This document shows, piece by piece, positions 30,438-39,648 of a DNA stretch of 64,000 bases. The position numbers and the translations under genes were made by a program. The stretch's first letter is position 1; each line of letters starts with the position of its first letter. Under the pieces are notes generated by a model. It was not told the origin of the DNA, ran no database searches, and saw only the letters and a program-made list of their open reading frames with translations. This DNA comes from Vicinamibacterales bacterium (GTDB lineage Bacteria > Acidobacteriota > Vicinamibacteria > Vicinamibacterales > UBA8438), in contig OZ220736.1 of assembly GCA_965116825.1 (NCBI GenBank), forward strand, positions 1,186,057-1,250,056, in the 5' to 3' direction.

Positions 30438-32858
30438 CTACGAACCGGCGCCGGCCGCCGGCGAGGGAGAGTCCCCGGGACCGGGAGCGGCTGCAACCGC
30501 TGGCGGGCCGCCCCCGACCGGTCGCCGGCGGACCTCCCGGACGACGGGAACCTCCGGTTCCAGTTCCAGCAGCTCGTCCTCGTGGACGATGGTCAGCGGC
30601 GCTTCCCCCCGCACCACGTAGGTCGCCGACGCCGGCGTCAGATCGACCTCCAGGCGCTGCCCGCGGATCTGCAGCGGGAACCGCAGGCTGCCCAGCCGCT
30701 CGGGCACCTTGGGCGCGAAGCTGATGCGGCCGCCCGCGTCGCGCATCCCCGCGAAGCCGTAGATGAGCGTCATCCAGAACCCGCCCATCGACGCGATGTG
30801 GCAACCGTCCTGCACGTTGCCGGCCACGTCCGCCAGGTCCATCAATCCCGCGTCCATGGAGTAGCTGAACGCCTTGTCCATCTCCCCCACCTCGGCCGCG
30901 ATGATGCTCTCTATCGAGCACGACAGCGACGAATCGCGGGTGGTGCGCTGGTCGTAGTAGACGAAGTTGCGCCGTTTCTGGTCGTGCGAGAACTCATGGC
31001 CGAGCAGGAACATCGCCAGCACCACGTCGGCCTGCTTGACGACGCGGTAGCGGTAGATCACGAGCGGGTGGTAGTGCAGCAGGAGCGGATACTTGTCCGG
31101 GGGCGTGTTGACGAAGTCCCAGTCCTGCTTGTCCTTGAAGGAATCGTCCTGCAGGTGCACCCCGTCGCGCTCGTCGTACGGCAGGTACATCCGGTCGGCC
31201 GCCTGCTGCCACGCATCGATCTCGTCCGCACCGAGCCCCGTGTCCCGGACCAGCGACGCGAAACGCTGCGGCTCGTTCTCCGCCAGCCGGCGGATGGTCT
31301 CCACCGCGTACCACAGGTTCTCGCGCGCCATAAGGTTGGTGTACAGGTTGTTGTTCACGACGGTGTTGTACTCGTCCGGCCCGGTCACTCCGTTGATGCG
31401 GAACCTGCCGTCGTGGCGGCCGAAGAAGCCGAGGTCGACCCACAGACGCGCCGTCTCGACCAGGATCTCCGCACCGACCTCCCCGAGGAATCCCTTGTCC
31501 CCGGTCGCGTCGACATACTTGCGGAACGCGTACACGATGTCCGCGTTGATGTGGTACTGCGCCGTCCCGGCCGCGTAGTACGCGGACGCCTCGTTGCCGT
31601 TGATGGTGCGCCAGGGAAACAGCGCCCCGCGCTGATTGACCTCCCGCGCCCGCTCGCGCGCCTCGTCCAGGAAGGCGTGCCGCTGCCTGAGCAGGTTCTG
31701 CGCGATCCGCGGCTTCGTGTAGATCAGGAAGGGCAGCACGTAGATCTCCGTGTCCCAGAAGTAGTGGCCCTCGTATCCCGGCCCGGTCAGGCCCTTGGCC
31801 GGCACGCCGACCCCCTCCGCCCGCGCGGTCGCCTGGCACATCTGGAACAGGTTGAAGCGGATCGTCTGCTGCCACTCCGGGTTCCCGCTCACCTCCACGT
31901 CGCTGCGCTGCCAGAAGTCGTCGAGAAAGCGCCGCTGGCTCACCAGCAGGTCCGGAAATCCGCGCCCCACGGCCCGGTCGAGAACCCGCTCGGCCCGCTG
32001 GCAGAGCTCCTCCACCTGCGGGCGCCGCGACGTGTGGTAGGTGATGTACTTGACGAGCCGGATTCGGGTTCCGACCGTGCCGTCGATGGAATAGACGACC
32101 CGGCCGGCCGAGTCGTCGGCCGATGTCTTCACGCTGAACGAGCAGCCGGTCCGCACCTCGTGATCGAGGGCGCACGAGAGCGTCATCCCGCTCGACCTGG
32201 TCGCGTAGCCACGTACCACGCGGGCGCCCGCGACGCGGCTCACCTGCGCGTCGAGCACCTCGCAGCCGAGCTGCCGGGTACGTGGATCGCCGTTGGGATG
32301 CGTCTCACGGCCGCCGTCGACCACTTCCGACACGATGACGACGGGCGCGTCGTTCGCCAGCAGCGTGACCTCGTACTCGATCGCCGCCAGGTGCCGGTGC
32401 TCCAGCGACACGAGACGCCGCGACCGGATCGACACACGCTGCCCCGACGAGTGGGCCCAGACCAGCTCCCGATCCAGGGTGCCGGCCTGCATGTCGAGCG
32501 CCCGCTCGAATCCCTCCAGGGTCGCGGTCGGCAGGAAGAACGGCTCGTCGTCGACGTACAGCCGGATGATCTTCGCGTCCGGGAGGTCGACGATGGTCTG
32601 ACCCAGCTTGGCGAAGCCGTAAGCCTCCTCGCCGTAGACGATCGGCCATGTCTCGTGGAAGCCGTTGACGTAGGTGCCGTTGTGCACCACCGGCTGCCCC
32701 TCGTCGCACGTCCCGCGCATCCCCAGGTAGCCGTTGGCGGTGGCGAACAGCGACTCGGCCGCAGCCAGATGGCGCTCGTCGAAACGAGTCTCCACCAGGC
32801 GCCACGGCTCGCGCGAATAGATGTCCTGCGACGGGTGCCGGCGGTGAGAGTCGCCCAT
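30438..32858 (-). CDS. GH65 glycoside hydrolase/disaccharide phosphorylase (kojibiose/trehalose/maltose phosphorylase family)
   Basis: 806 aa. N-terminal WRLVETRFD...ESLFATANGYLGMRG and a central (alpha/alpha)6 domain. Pro/Ala/Gly-rich C-terminal tail. Confidence 0.9.
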   Translation of the reverse strand: MGDSHRRHPSQDIYSREPWRLVETRFDERHLAAAESLFATANGYLGMRGTCDEGQPVVHNGTYVNGFHETWPIVYGEEAYGFAKLGQTIVDLPDAKIIRLYVDDEPFFLPTATLEGFERALDMQAGTLDRELVWAHSSGQRVSIRSRRLVSLEHRHLAAIEYEVTLLANDAPVVIVSEVVDGGRETHPNGDPRTRQLGCEVLDAQVSRVAGARVVRGYATRSSGMTLSCALDHEVRTGCSFSVKTSADDSAGRVVYSIDGTVGTRIRLVKYITYHTSRRPQVEELCQRAERVLDRAVGRGFPDLLVSQRRFLDDFWQRSDVEVSGNPEWQQTIRFNLFQMCQATARAEGVGVPAKGLTGPGYEGHYFWDTEIYVLPFLIYTKPRIAQNLLRQRHAFLDEARERAREVNQRGALFPWRTINGNEASAYYAAGTAQYHINADIVYAFRKYVDATGDKGFLGEVGAEILVETARLWVDLGFFGRHDGRFRINGVTGPDEYNTVVNNNLYTNLMARENLWYAVETIRRLAENEPQRFASLVRDTGLGADEIDAWQQAADRMYLPYDERDGVHLQDDSFKDKQDWDFVNTPPDKYPLLLHYHPLVIYRYRVVKQADVVLAMFLLGHEFSHDQKRRNFVYYDQRTTRDSSLSCSIESIIAAEVGEMDKAFSYSMDAGLMDLADVAGNVQDGCHIASMGGFWMTLIYGFAGMRDAGGRISFAPKVPERLGSLRFPLQIRGQRLEVDLTPASATYVVRGEAPLTIVHEDELLELEPEVPVVREVRRRPVGGGPPAVAAAPGPGDSPSPAAGAGS

Positions 32859-32861
32859 CGG

Positions 32862-33635
32862 TCAGCGCGCCTCCGGGGGGCGGGCTTCGTCCCGGTCTGC
32901 GCGTTGCAACGTGTCGCCCAGGTCGGTCACCACGCGGTCGGCGCCGGCCCCTGCGAGCGCGTTCGAGTCCCCGGTGCGATCGATCGCCACGACCAGGCCG
33001 AACCCGCCGGACCTGCCGGCTTCAACACCGGCAATCGCATCCTCGACCACGACGGCCCGCGACGGGGATACGCCGAGCACCCGCGCCGCGTAGGCGAACG
33101 TATCGGGCGCCGGCTTGCCGGCCAGGCCCTGCCGGGCGGCCACCTGGCCGTCGACCCGCAGCTCGAACAGGCCGGCGAGTCCGGCCGCCTCCAGGATGGA
33201 CTCGCAACTGCGGCTCGAAGAGACGACGGCGCAGCGCACGCCGTTGCGGAGCAGGTGCCGGACCACCGCCAGAGAGCCTTCGTAGACCTCGACCCCCTCG
33301 CTGGCCAGCAGCTCGCCGAACATCGCGTTCTTCCGGTTGCCGAGGCCGCAGACCGTCTCCAGCCCGGGCGCATCGTCGGAAACGCCGTCTTCCAGCGTGA
33401 TGCCGCGCGAGGCGAGGAAGGTCCGGACGCCGTCGTAGCGCGGCCGGCCGTCGACGAACCGTGCGTAGTCGCCCGGCATCTCGAACGGGCGGAACGGCTC
33501 GCCGCGCGCGGACGCCCGGCCCCGCAGATAGTCGTCGAACATCCGCTTCCACGACGCCGCGTGCAGCCTGGCGGTGGCGGTGAGCACGCCGTCGAGGTCG
33601 AAGAGCACCGCCTCGTAGGCGGTCCAGTCGATCAT
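32862..33635 (-). CDS. pgmB: beta-phosphoglucomutase (HAD family)
   Basis: Start at MIDW (33635). VLFDLDGVLT DxD motif. Sits immediately downstream of the GH65 phosphorylase, as is typical. Confidence 0.8.
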   Translation of the reverse strand: MIDWTAYEAVLFDLDGVLTATARLHAASWKRMFDDYLRGRASARGEPFRPFEMPGDYARFVDGRPRYDGVRTFLASRGITLEDGVSDDAPGLETVCGLGNRKNAMFGELLASEGVEVYEGSLAVVRHLLRNGVRCAVVSSSRSCESILEAAGLAGLFELRVDGQVAARQGLAGKPAPDTFAYAARVLGVSPSRAVVVEDAIAGVEAGRSGGFGLVVAIDRTGDSNALAGAGADRVVTDLGDTLQRADRDEARPPEAR

Positions 33636-33655
33636 CGGGCCGCGGCCGGCTCCCC

Positions 33656-34315
33656 TCAGGCTTGCGAGGCTTCCACCGGCCGCGGGCAGGAGACGCCGGT
33701 CCCGCCGAGGCCGCAATAGCCGCCGGGGTTCTTGGCCAGATATTGCTGGTGGTACTCCTCGGCGTGGTAGAAGAGCGGCAACATGCGGATTTCCGTCGTG
33801 ATCGGGCCGTAGCCGGCCGCGGTCAGGCCCGGCTGGTACGCGTCCCGCGACGCCTCGACCGCCCGTTGCTGCTCCGCTGCGTCCACGAGCACCACGGAGC
33901 GGTACTGGGTGCCGACGTCGTTGCCCTGCCGCATCCCCTGGGTCGGGTCATGGCTCTCCCAGAAGACCTGCAAGAGGCGTTCGAAGTCGATGACGCGCGG
34001 GTCGTACACGACGAGCACCACCTCGGAATGGCCCGTGCCGCCGCTGCACACCTCTTCGTACGTCGGGTTCTTCGTGTATCCGCCGGCATAGCCGACAGCG
34101 GTCGAGTAGACGCCGTCGAGCTCCCAGAACGTCCGCTCGGCGCCCCAGAAGCAACCCATACCGAACACCGCCTTGCGGGTCCCCTCCGGGAACGGCGGGC
34201 CGATCGGGCGCCCGTGCACGAAGTGCCCCGCGGGCACCGACAGCGGCGCGGCGCGGCCGGGCAGCGCCTCCGCCGCGGTGGGCATCCGCAGACTGGCCGG
34301 ATTGGCGAACAGCAT
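33656..34315 (-). CDS. msrA: peptide-methionine (S)-S-oxide reductase
   Basis: GCFWGAE active-site motif, 219 aa. A GAGGAGG RBS is preceded by an 8-bp hairpin (34330-34350). Confidence 0.9.
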   Translation of the reverse strand: MLFANPASLRMPTAAEALPGRAAPLSVPAGHFVHGRPIGPPFPEGTRKAVFGMGCFWGAERTFWELDGVYSTAVGYAGGYTKNPTYEEVCSGGTGHSEVVLVVYDPRVIDFERLLQVFWESHDPTQGMRQGNDVGTQYRSVVLVDAAEQQRAVEASRDAYQPGLTAAGYGPITTEIRMLPLFYHAEEYHQQYLAKNPGGYCGLGGTGVSCPRPVEASQA

Positions 34316-34582
34316 CGTTCCTCCTCAACGCGGGCACAACCCGCGTTCCTACAGCATAGCGCCCGCCGGTTCGCGGAGCGACCATGCTCGGCCCGCGCGG
34401 CGACGCGAGTCTCGAACGGCAGCCTCACGCGAGGCTCCTGCCCACCCTTCGCTGCGACACGCCGACTACCGGCCGCAGCGTACGCGGGCCGGTTATCCTA
34501 CTTGCAATGGCGGGTGATGGTCCATTCTCGCTCGATGCCGAGCGCCGCGAGCGCGCACAGTCGGAACCGCGTGGGCCGCGTG

Positions 34583-35092
34583 TCACGCATCCTCCCCTGC
34601 GAGGTCACTCAGGTCCCGCCGGTCGATCTCCCGGTCGAGTCTCCGCTTCTGGTCCAGGAGCTGCTCGCGCGGCATCACCGGCGCCTCGACGCCCCGAACC
34701 TTCACGGTGACGGACGCCGTGGGGTCGATGGCCGCGTCCCGCCACGACCCCGTGGCCGCCTCCCTGAACCGGGCGGCTTCCGTGATGCAGACGTCGATCG
34801 TCACCCCGTCGAAGGACAGCGACAGGGCGACGCGGTCCCAGACATCTTCACGCCGGCGCCAGGGATAGTCGACGACGTGCTCCGCCGCGCCCCGCAACAG
34901 AGCGGGCACGTGCTCGGCCGCGATGAACAACTCCACGCTGCGGATCGGCCGCGCGGCGCCGTACGCGGCGGCGGCGACGTCGCCCGTCAACTGGAAGGGG
35001 ATGGCGCATTCGTCGAGCAGCCCGCACACCCAGCGCAGCGCCGCGGCCGGCACTTCCCCACTCGCCGCTCCCCTGCTCGCCGCCTCGGTCAC
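34583..35092 (-). CDS. NTase-fold-like protein with degenerate catalytic motif, coupled to the macro-domain gene
   Basis: GTG at 35092 overlaps the macro gene stop (GTGA). [33 protein letters not shown] aligns by eye with the adenylyltransferase-like core, but the DxD is replaced by VEL. Confidence 0.45.
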   Translation of the reverse strand: MTEAASRGAASGEVPAAALRWVCGLLDECAIPFQLTGDVAAAAYGAARPIRSVELFIAAEHVPALLRGAAEHVVDYPWRRREDVWDRVALSLSFDGVTIDVCITEAARFREAATGSWRDAAIDPTASVTVKVRGVEAPVMPREQLLDQKRRLDREIDRRDLSDLAGEDA

Positions 35093-35622
35093 GCGGATTC
35101 TCCATGCGCGCAAGTGGCAAGTGCACGCTCGAACGCCGCCCGGATTCGCGGCTCGAAGCAGACGAAGTCGACGCGCTCGACGGATGGAGCGCCGGCCAGG
35201 GCCTGGACCACCGTCCGCACGGCGACCGCCGCCGCCTGTTCCGGCGGGTATCCGTAGATACCGCAACTGATGGCAGCGAAGGCGATGGTGCGCAGCCCGT
35301 GCTCGCGCGCCAGCTCGATCGCCCGCCGGTAGCAGCCGGCAAGCTGCTCCGGCTCACCCTTCGACCCGCCGCGCCAGACCGGTCCGACGGCGTGAATCAC
35401 GTGGCGTGCCGGAAGGTCGTACCCGGCGGTTATCCTCGCGTCACCGGTGGAGCACCCGCCCAGCGTCCGGCACTCGGCCAGGAGTCCGGAGCCCGCGGCG
35501 CGGTGAATCGCGCCGTCCACGCCGCCGCCACCGAGCAGGCTCGCGTTGGCCGCATTGACGATGGCGTCGACGCGCAGCGTCGTGATGTCGGCGGTGGTGA
35601 CGCGCAGGCGCTCGCTGGACAT
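35089..35622 (-). CDS. macro-domain protein (O-acetyl-ADP-ribose deacetylase, YmdB-like)
   Basis: [36 protein letters not shown] is the canonical macro-domain core. Confidence 0.9.
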   Translation of the reverse strand: MSSERLRVTTADITTLRVDAIVNAANASLLGGGGVDGAIHRAAGSGLLAECRTLGGCSTGDARITAGYDLPARHVIHAVGPVWRGGSKGEPEQLAGCYRRAIELAREHGLRTIAFAAISCGIYGYPPEQAAAVAVRTVVQALAGAPSVERVDFVCFEPRIRAAFERALATCAHGESA

Positions 35623-35636
35623 GGGAAACGCGCCGG

Positions 35637-35665
35637 TTCACGCGGATTCGCGCAACGGGTAGTAT
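35637..35665 (+). promoter_or_regulatory. sigma70-like promoter candidate for the SelW-like gene
   Basis: TTCACG-17 nt-TAGTAT, ending 23 nt upstream of the ATG at 35688. An AAGGAG RBS lies at 35674-35679. Confidence 0.35.
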
Positions 35666-35687
35666 ACGGAGACAAGGAGTCGAGCCG

Positions 35688-35918
35688 ATGAAGCTGTCGA
35701 TCACGTACTGCACCCGTTGAAAGTACCTGCCCAGGGCCTCCAGTCTGGCGGCCGAGATCAAGAGCGCGCTCGGTCTGGAAACCGAGCTGATCGAGGGCAC
35801 CAACGGGATATTCGACGTCGTCGCGGACGGCAGGATGATCTTCTCGAAGCACGCCGAGCAGCGGTTTCCGGAATCGGAGGAGATCATCGGCGCCCTGCGC
35901 GCGCTGAACGCCGCATGA
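35688..35918 (+). CDS. SelW/Rdx-family selenoprotein (CxxU), in-frame TGA at 35718-35720
   Basis: ATG with AAGGAG upstream. MKLSITYCTR-TGA-KYLPRASSLAAEIKSALGLETELIEGTNGIFDVVADGRMIFSKHAEQRFPESEEIIGALRALNAA matches the Rdx pattern (YCxxC/U...RA..La.el...G.FeV.vdG.lifSk...grFP). It is absent from the ORF track because of the TGA. Confidence 0.75.
35735..35753 (+). promoter_or_regulatory. candidate bacterial SECIS hairpin
   Basis: Starts 14 nt after the TGA. GGCC-U-CCA-GUC-UGG-C-GGCC: a 4-bp plus 3-bp stem with a 1x1 mismatch and GU in the loop. An alternative CCAG/CUGG pairing exists. Not folded computationally. Confidence 0.4.
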
Positions 35919-36013
35919 ACGCGTCGCCGGCGCCGGAACCATCGCCCCGGCCGCAGGCCTCGGGCTCACACCGGGCATCCGGTTCGGTCGTGCGTCTCAC
36001 GGAGGGAGGACCC

Positions 36014-37222
36014 ATGGCGAGAACAGTCACCCGTCGGGATATCCTGACCGGCGCGGCAGGCGCCATCGGCGCCGCCACGCTTGCGCCGGTCGGCCAGCGC
36101 GTGCACGCGCAGGACACCACGAAGGCGCCGGGGGGGCCGGCGAGCGCACTCGGCGCACGCTCACCGCACGAGCCGCTGGCGCGCGGCAGGGTCACCGGCC
36201 TCTCTTCGCGGACGCCGCTGCAGGATCTGCACGGCATGATCACGCCGTCGGACCTCCACTTCGAGCGGCACCACGGCGGCGTGCCGGAGATCGACCCCGA
36301 CGACTACCGGCTCCTGATCCACGGCCTGGTCGAGCGGCCGACGATTCTCACCCTCGCCGAGCTGAAGCGGTTCCCCGCCACGTCGCGGGTCTGCTTCCTG
36401 GAATGCTCGGGCAACTATCCCACCGGGGCCGGACCGGAGACGAGGCCAGAGTTGGTCTGCGGCATGACGTCCACCACCGAGTGGACCGGCGTGTCGCTCG
36501 CCACGCTGTTCCGCGAGGTCGGCGCGCGCCCCGGCGCAACGTGGTTCCTGGCCGAGGGACAGGACGCCGCGGTGATGACGCGCAGCGTCCCGATGGAGAA
36601 GGCCTGGGACGACGCCATGATCGCCTACGCCCAGAACGGCGAGGCGCTGCGGCCGTCGCAGGGCTACCCGGCGCGGCTCCTGTTGCCGGGCTGGGAGGGC
36701 AACTCCAACGTCAAGTGGCTGCGCCGCCTCGAGCTGGCCGACGCCCCGTTCATGACGCGCGAGGAGACCTCGAAGTACACCGACCCGCTCGCCGACGGCA
36801 CGGCCCGGCAGTTCAGCTTCGTCTTCGACGCCCGTTCGATCATCACCTCGCCGGCCTACCCCGACGTGGTCGAGCCGGGCTGGATCGAGCTCCGCGGCGT
36901 CGCCTGGTCCGGGCGGGGCACCATCGCGCAGGTGGACGTCAGCACCGACGGCGGCCGGACCTGGCAGGCGGCGCGCCTGCAGGAGCCCGTGCTGCGGCAG
37001 GCGCACACCCGCTTCCGGCACCTGTGGCGCTGGGACGGCTCCGAGACCGAGATCATGAGCCGGGCCACCGACGACAGCGGCTACGTCCAGCCGACCCGCG
37101 CCGCGCTGCGCGCCGTCCGCGGCCGCCGGGCGCGCCGGTATCACCTCAACCCCATCACCGCCTGGCGCATCCAGCCGAACGGGCAGGTCTACTACCGGGA
37201 GGAGCCGCCGTGGGACGCGTAA
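36014..37222 (+). CDS. second sulfite dehydrogenase-like molybdopterin oxidoreductase (SorA-like paralog), Tat-exported
   Basis: GGAGGGAGGA before the ATG at 36014. Tat signal TRRDILTGAAGAIGAATLAP and Moco-Cys motif FLECSGN. Collinear with the 5616-6929 product. Confidence 0.85.
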   Translation: MARTVTRRDILTGAAGAIGAATLAPVGQRVHAQDTTKAPGGPASALGARSPHEPLARGRVTGLSSRTPLQDLHGMITPSDLHFERHHGGVPEIDPDDYRLLIHGLVERPTILTLAELKRFPATSRVCFLECSGNYPTGAGPETRPELVCGMTSTTEWTGVSLATLFREVGARPGATWFLAEGQDAAVMTRSVPMEKAWDDAMIAYAQNGEALRPSQGYPARLLLPGWEGNSNVKWLRRLELADAPFMTREETSKYTDPLADGTARQFSFVFDARSIITSPAYPDVVEPGWIELRGVAWSGRGTIAQVDVSTDGGRTWQAARLQEPVLRQAHTRFRHLWRWDGSETEIMSRATDDSGYVQPTRAALRAVRGRRARRYHLNPITAWRIQPNGQVYYREEPPWDA

Positions 37223-37836
37223 CGCTGCCTCGCGCCTGCACGCCGCGCCTCCTCGTCGCGCTCGCCCTGGCCGCCGCCGGTCTCGCGCTCGCGGCGCCTG
37301 CCGCGGCACAGAATGCCGGCGGTGACGGCGCGGAAACGATGCCCGAGTCGTTCGGTATCGGGCGGGCGGCCACCCCGGAAGAGATCGCCGCCTGGGACAT
37401 CGACGTCATGCCCGACGGCACCGGCCTGCCGGAGGGGGAGGGCACGGCGACGAGCGGCGCCCCGATCTACGGCCGGCAGTGCGCCGTGTGCCACGGGGCC
37501 GCCGGAGAAGGAGGCATCGCCGACCGGCTCGTCGGCTACACGCCGGAGACCACGCCGCCGTTCGGGCCGCGCTACGAGGAGTGGCGCGGCGACGGCCCCG
37601 ACGTGCCGTACTCCGTGGGCAACTACTGGCCCTACGCCACGACGCTCTTCGACTACATCCGCCGCGCGATGCCGTCGAACGCGCCGGGCACGCTGGAGGC
37701 CGACCAGGTCTACGGCCTCGTCGCCTGGATCCTGGCCGAGAACGGCCTCATCGGGGCCGACGAAGCGATGAACGCCACGACGCTGCCGGCAGTCGAGATG
37801 CCGGCCCGCGACGTCTTCGTCCCACAGGAACGCTGA
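37210..37836 (+). CDS. second monohaem cytochrome c partner (SorB-like paralog)
   Basis: GTG at 37210 overlaps the SorA-like end. Signal peptide, CAVCHG, and YIRRAMPSNAPGTLEADQVYGLVAWIL parallel to the 6916-7533 product. Confidence 0.8.
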   Translation: MGRVTLPRACTPRLLVALALAAAGLALAAPAAAQNAGGDGAETMPESFGIGRAATPEEIAAWDIDVMPDGTGLPEGEGTATSGAPIYGRQCAVCHGAAGEGGIADRLVGYTPETTPPFGPRYEEWRGDGPDVPYSVGNYWPYATTLFDYIRRAMPSNAPGTLEADQVYGLVAWILAENGLIGADEAMNATTLPAVEMPARDVFVPQER

Positions 37837-37933
37837 CATCGAGAAACGCAAGCTGCCCATCGGGATACAGACGTTCCGCCAGATCCGCGAGGAAGGCTAT
37901 TACTACGTCGACAAGACGGGCTGGGCGCGGCGG

Positions 37934-39442
37934 ATGGTGGAGGAGGGGAAGCACTACTTCCTCTCCCGCCCGCGGCGTTTCGGCAAGAGCCTGTTCCTGG
38001 ACACGCTGAACGAGCTGTTCGAGGGCAACGAGCCCCTGTTCGAGGGTCTGGCCATCCACGAGCACTGGGACTGGTCCGTGCGCCGTCCCGTGGTACGGCT
38101 GAGCTTCGGCAGCGGTCGATTCGGCGATCCTGAAGGCCTGCCCGAGGACGTGATGGCGCAGCTCGACGCCATCGAGCGCCGGACGGACGTCGCGTCCGGC
38201 TACGACGCCGCGCACGCCCGTTTTCGACACGTGTTGCAGACGCTGCACGAGCGCACCGGACAGCGTGTCGCGGTGCTGGTGGACGAGTACGACAAGCCGA
38301 TCCTGGACGCCCTGGATACGCCGGCGGTCGCTCGCGCCAACCGGGATCATCTGCGCGGGCTGTACGCGACGATCAAGGAGAGCGACGCGCACGTCGAGTT
38401 CACGCTGCTCACCGGCGTGAGCCGGTTCTCCAGGGTCAGCCTCTTCTCCGGCCTCAACAACCTGAAGGACATCACCCTGGATCCGCGCTACTCGGCCGTC
38501 TGCGGCTACACCGACGCGGACCTGGACGCGGTGTTCGCGCCGGAGCTTCCCGGCCTGGATCGGGACGAAATCCGCGACTGGTACAACGGCTACAACTGGC
38601 TCGGCGAGGAGCGCGTCTACAACCCCTTCGACATCCTGCTGCTGTTCGACCGCCGGGACTTCGAGGCGTGGTGGTTCGAAACCGGCACGCCGACGTTCCT
38701 CGTCGACATGCTCGCCAGCCGGCGCATCGACTCCCCGAAGCTGGACGACATGCTGAGCCAGCGCGACCTGCTGTCGACCTTCGACGTGGACGACATCGCC
38801 ACCGAGGCGCTGCTGTTCCAGACCGGCTACCTGACCATCCGCGGCGAAGAGCGGCGCGGCGGCAAGAAGTACTACCGGCTCGGCTACCCCAACCGCGAAG
38901 TACGGCAGAGCCTGAACGAGAACCTGCTGCGCCACCTGCTGGGGCGACCACCCCACCTGGCGGAGCACACGGCCCGCTTGTACGACCTGCTGCTGGCCAA
39001 CGACTTCGCGGGCCTGGAGTCGCTGTTCCGGGCGCTCTTCGCCAGCATCCCTTACGAGTGGCACACGAAGAACGAGATCGCGCGCTACGAGGGCCACTAC
39101 GCCAGCGTCTTCTATTCCTGCTTCGCCGCGCTCGGCCTCGACGTCACCGTGGAGGACAGCAGCAGCCACGGCCGCCTCGACATGGCCGTCCACTTCAACG
39201 ACAACGTCTACCTGTTCGAGCTCAAGGTGATCGATGGAGCGGGAGAACGCACGACCGCCTCGCGTGCGCGAACGGGCGCCCTCTCCTCCGACGACGCATC
39301 CACGGGCCGGGCGATGGCACAGTTGAAACAGAAACGCTACGCTGACAAGTACCGTCACCTGGACCAGCCGATCCACCTGATCGGCGTGGAGTTGGACCGG
39401 GATGCCCGCAACGTGGCGTCGTGGGAGGTGGAGCTTGTCTGA
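37934..39442 (+). CDS. AAA-ATPase_like (PF09820-type) N-domain plus PD-(D/E)XK nuclease-like (DUF1703/PDDEXK_9) protein
   Basis: HYFLSRPRRFGKSLFLDTL and LVDEYDKP motifs. C-terminal SHGRLDMAVHFNDNVYLFELKV is PD-(D/E)XK-like. Conserved N-terminal residues continue in frame upstream to 37838 without a canonical start (see findings). Confidence 0.8.
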   Translation: MVEEGKHYFLSRPRRFGKSLFLDTLNELFEGNEPLFEGLAIHEHWDWSVRRPVVRLSFGSGRFGDPEGLPEDVMAQLDAIERRTDVASGYDAAHARFRHVLQTLHERTGQRVAVLVDEYDKPILDALDTPAVARANRDHLRGLYATIKESDAHVEFTLLTGVSRFSRVSLFSGLNNLKDITLDPRYSAVCGYTDADLDAVFAPELPGLDRDEIRDWYNGYNWLGEERVYNPFDILLLFDRRDFEAWWFETGTPTFLVDMLASRRIDSPKLDDMLSQRDLLSTFDVDDIATEALLFQTGYLTIRGEERRGGKKYYRLGYPNREVRQSLNENLLRHLLGRPPHLAEHTARLYDLLLANDFAGLESLFRALFASIPYEWHTKNEIARYEGHYASVFYSCFAALGLDVTVEDSSSHGRLDMAVHFNDNVYLFELKVIDGAGERTTASRARTGALSSDDASTGRAMAQLKQKRYADKYRHLDQPIHLIGVELDRDARNVASWEVELV

Positions 39443-39648
39443 TCGCAACCGGCGCGGCTCGCAGGATGCATCCGAACATCCCGGACCCGAGCAGCGGAAG
39501 ACGGACATCTGGCACGCACTCCAGGCTTGGCACGCGCAGGCAAGCTTCGACTGGCCGGAGTTGACCCCGGAGGAAGTGGAGGCGTGGCGAGACCGCCGCC
39601 CCGGGCGCGAGTTCGTGTGGCCGGAGTGACACTGCGTCTGCGCCATCG

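Noticed and set aside
34316-34582. 267-bp gap upstream of msrA with small hairpins (AACGCGGG-CACAA-CCCGCGTT at 34330-34350, AGCCTC-ACGC-GAGGCT near 34422), considered as an sRNA, riboswitch or tRNA-Sec location
   Set aside because: No tRNA-like cloverleaf, no conserved riboswitch core that I recognise, and no convincing ORF. Most likely this is an ordinary terminator/leader region.
39435-39629. Small ORF (TTG at 39435, or the listed 39402 start) after the AAA-ATPase_like gene, ending ...FDWPELTPEEVEAWRDRRPGREFVWPE
   Set aside because: It has a weak protein-like tail but no recognisable family, a non-ATG start, and a low-complexity first half. It could be real but I cannot support it.
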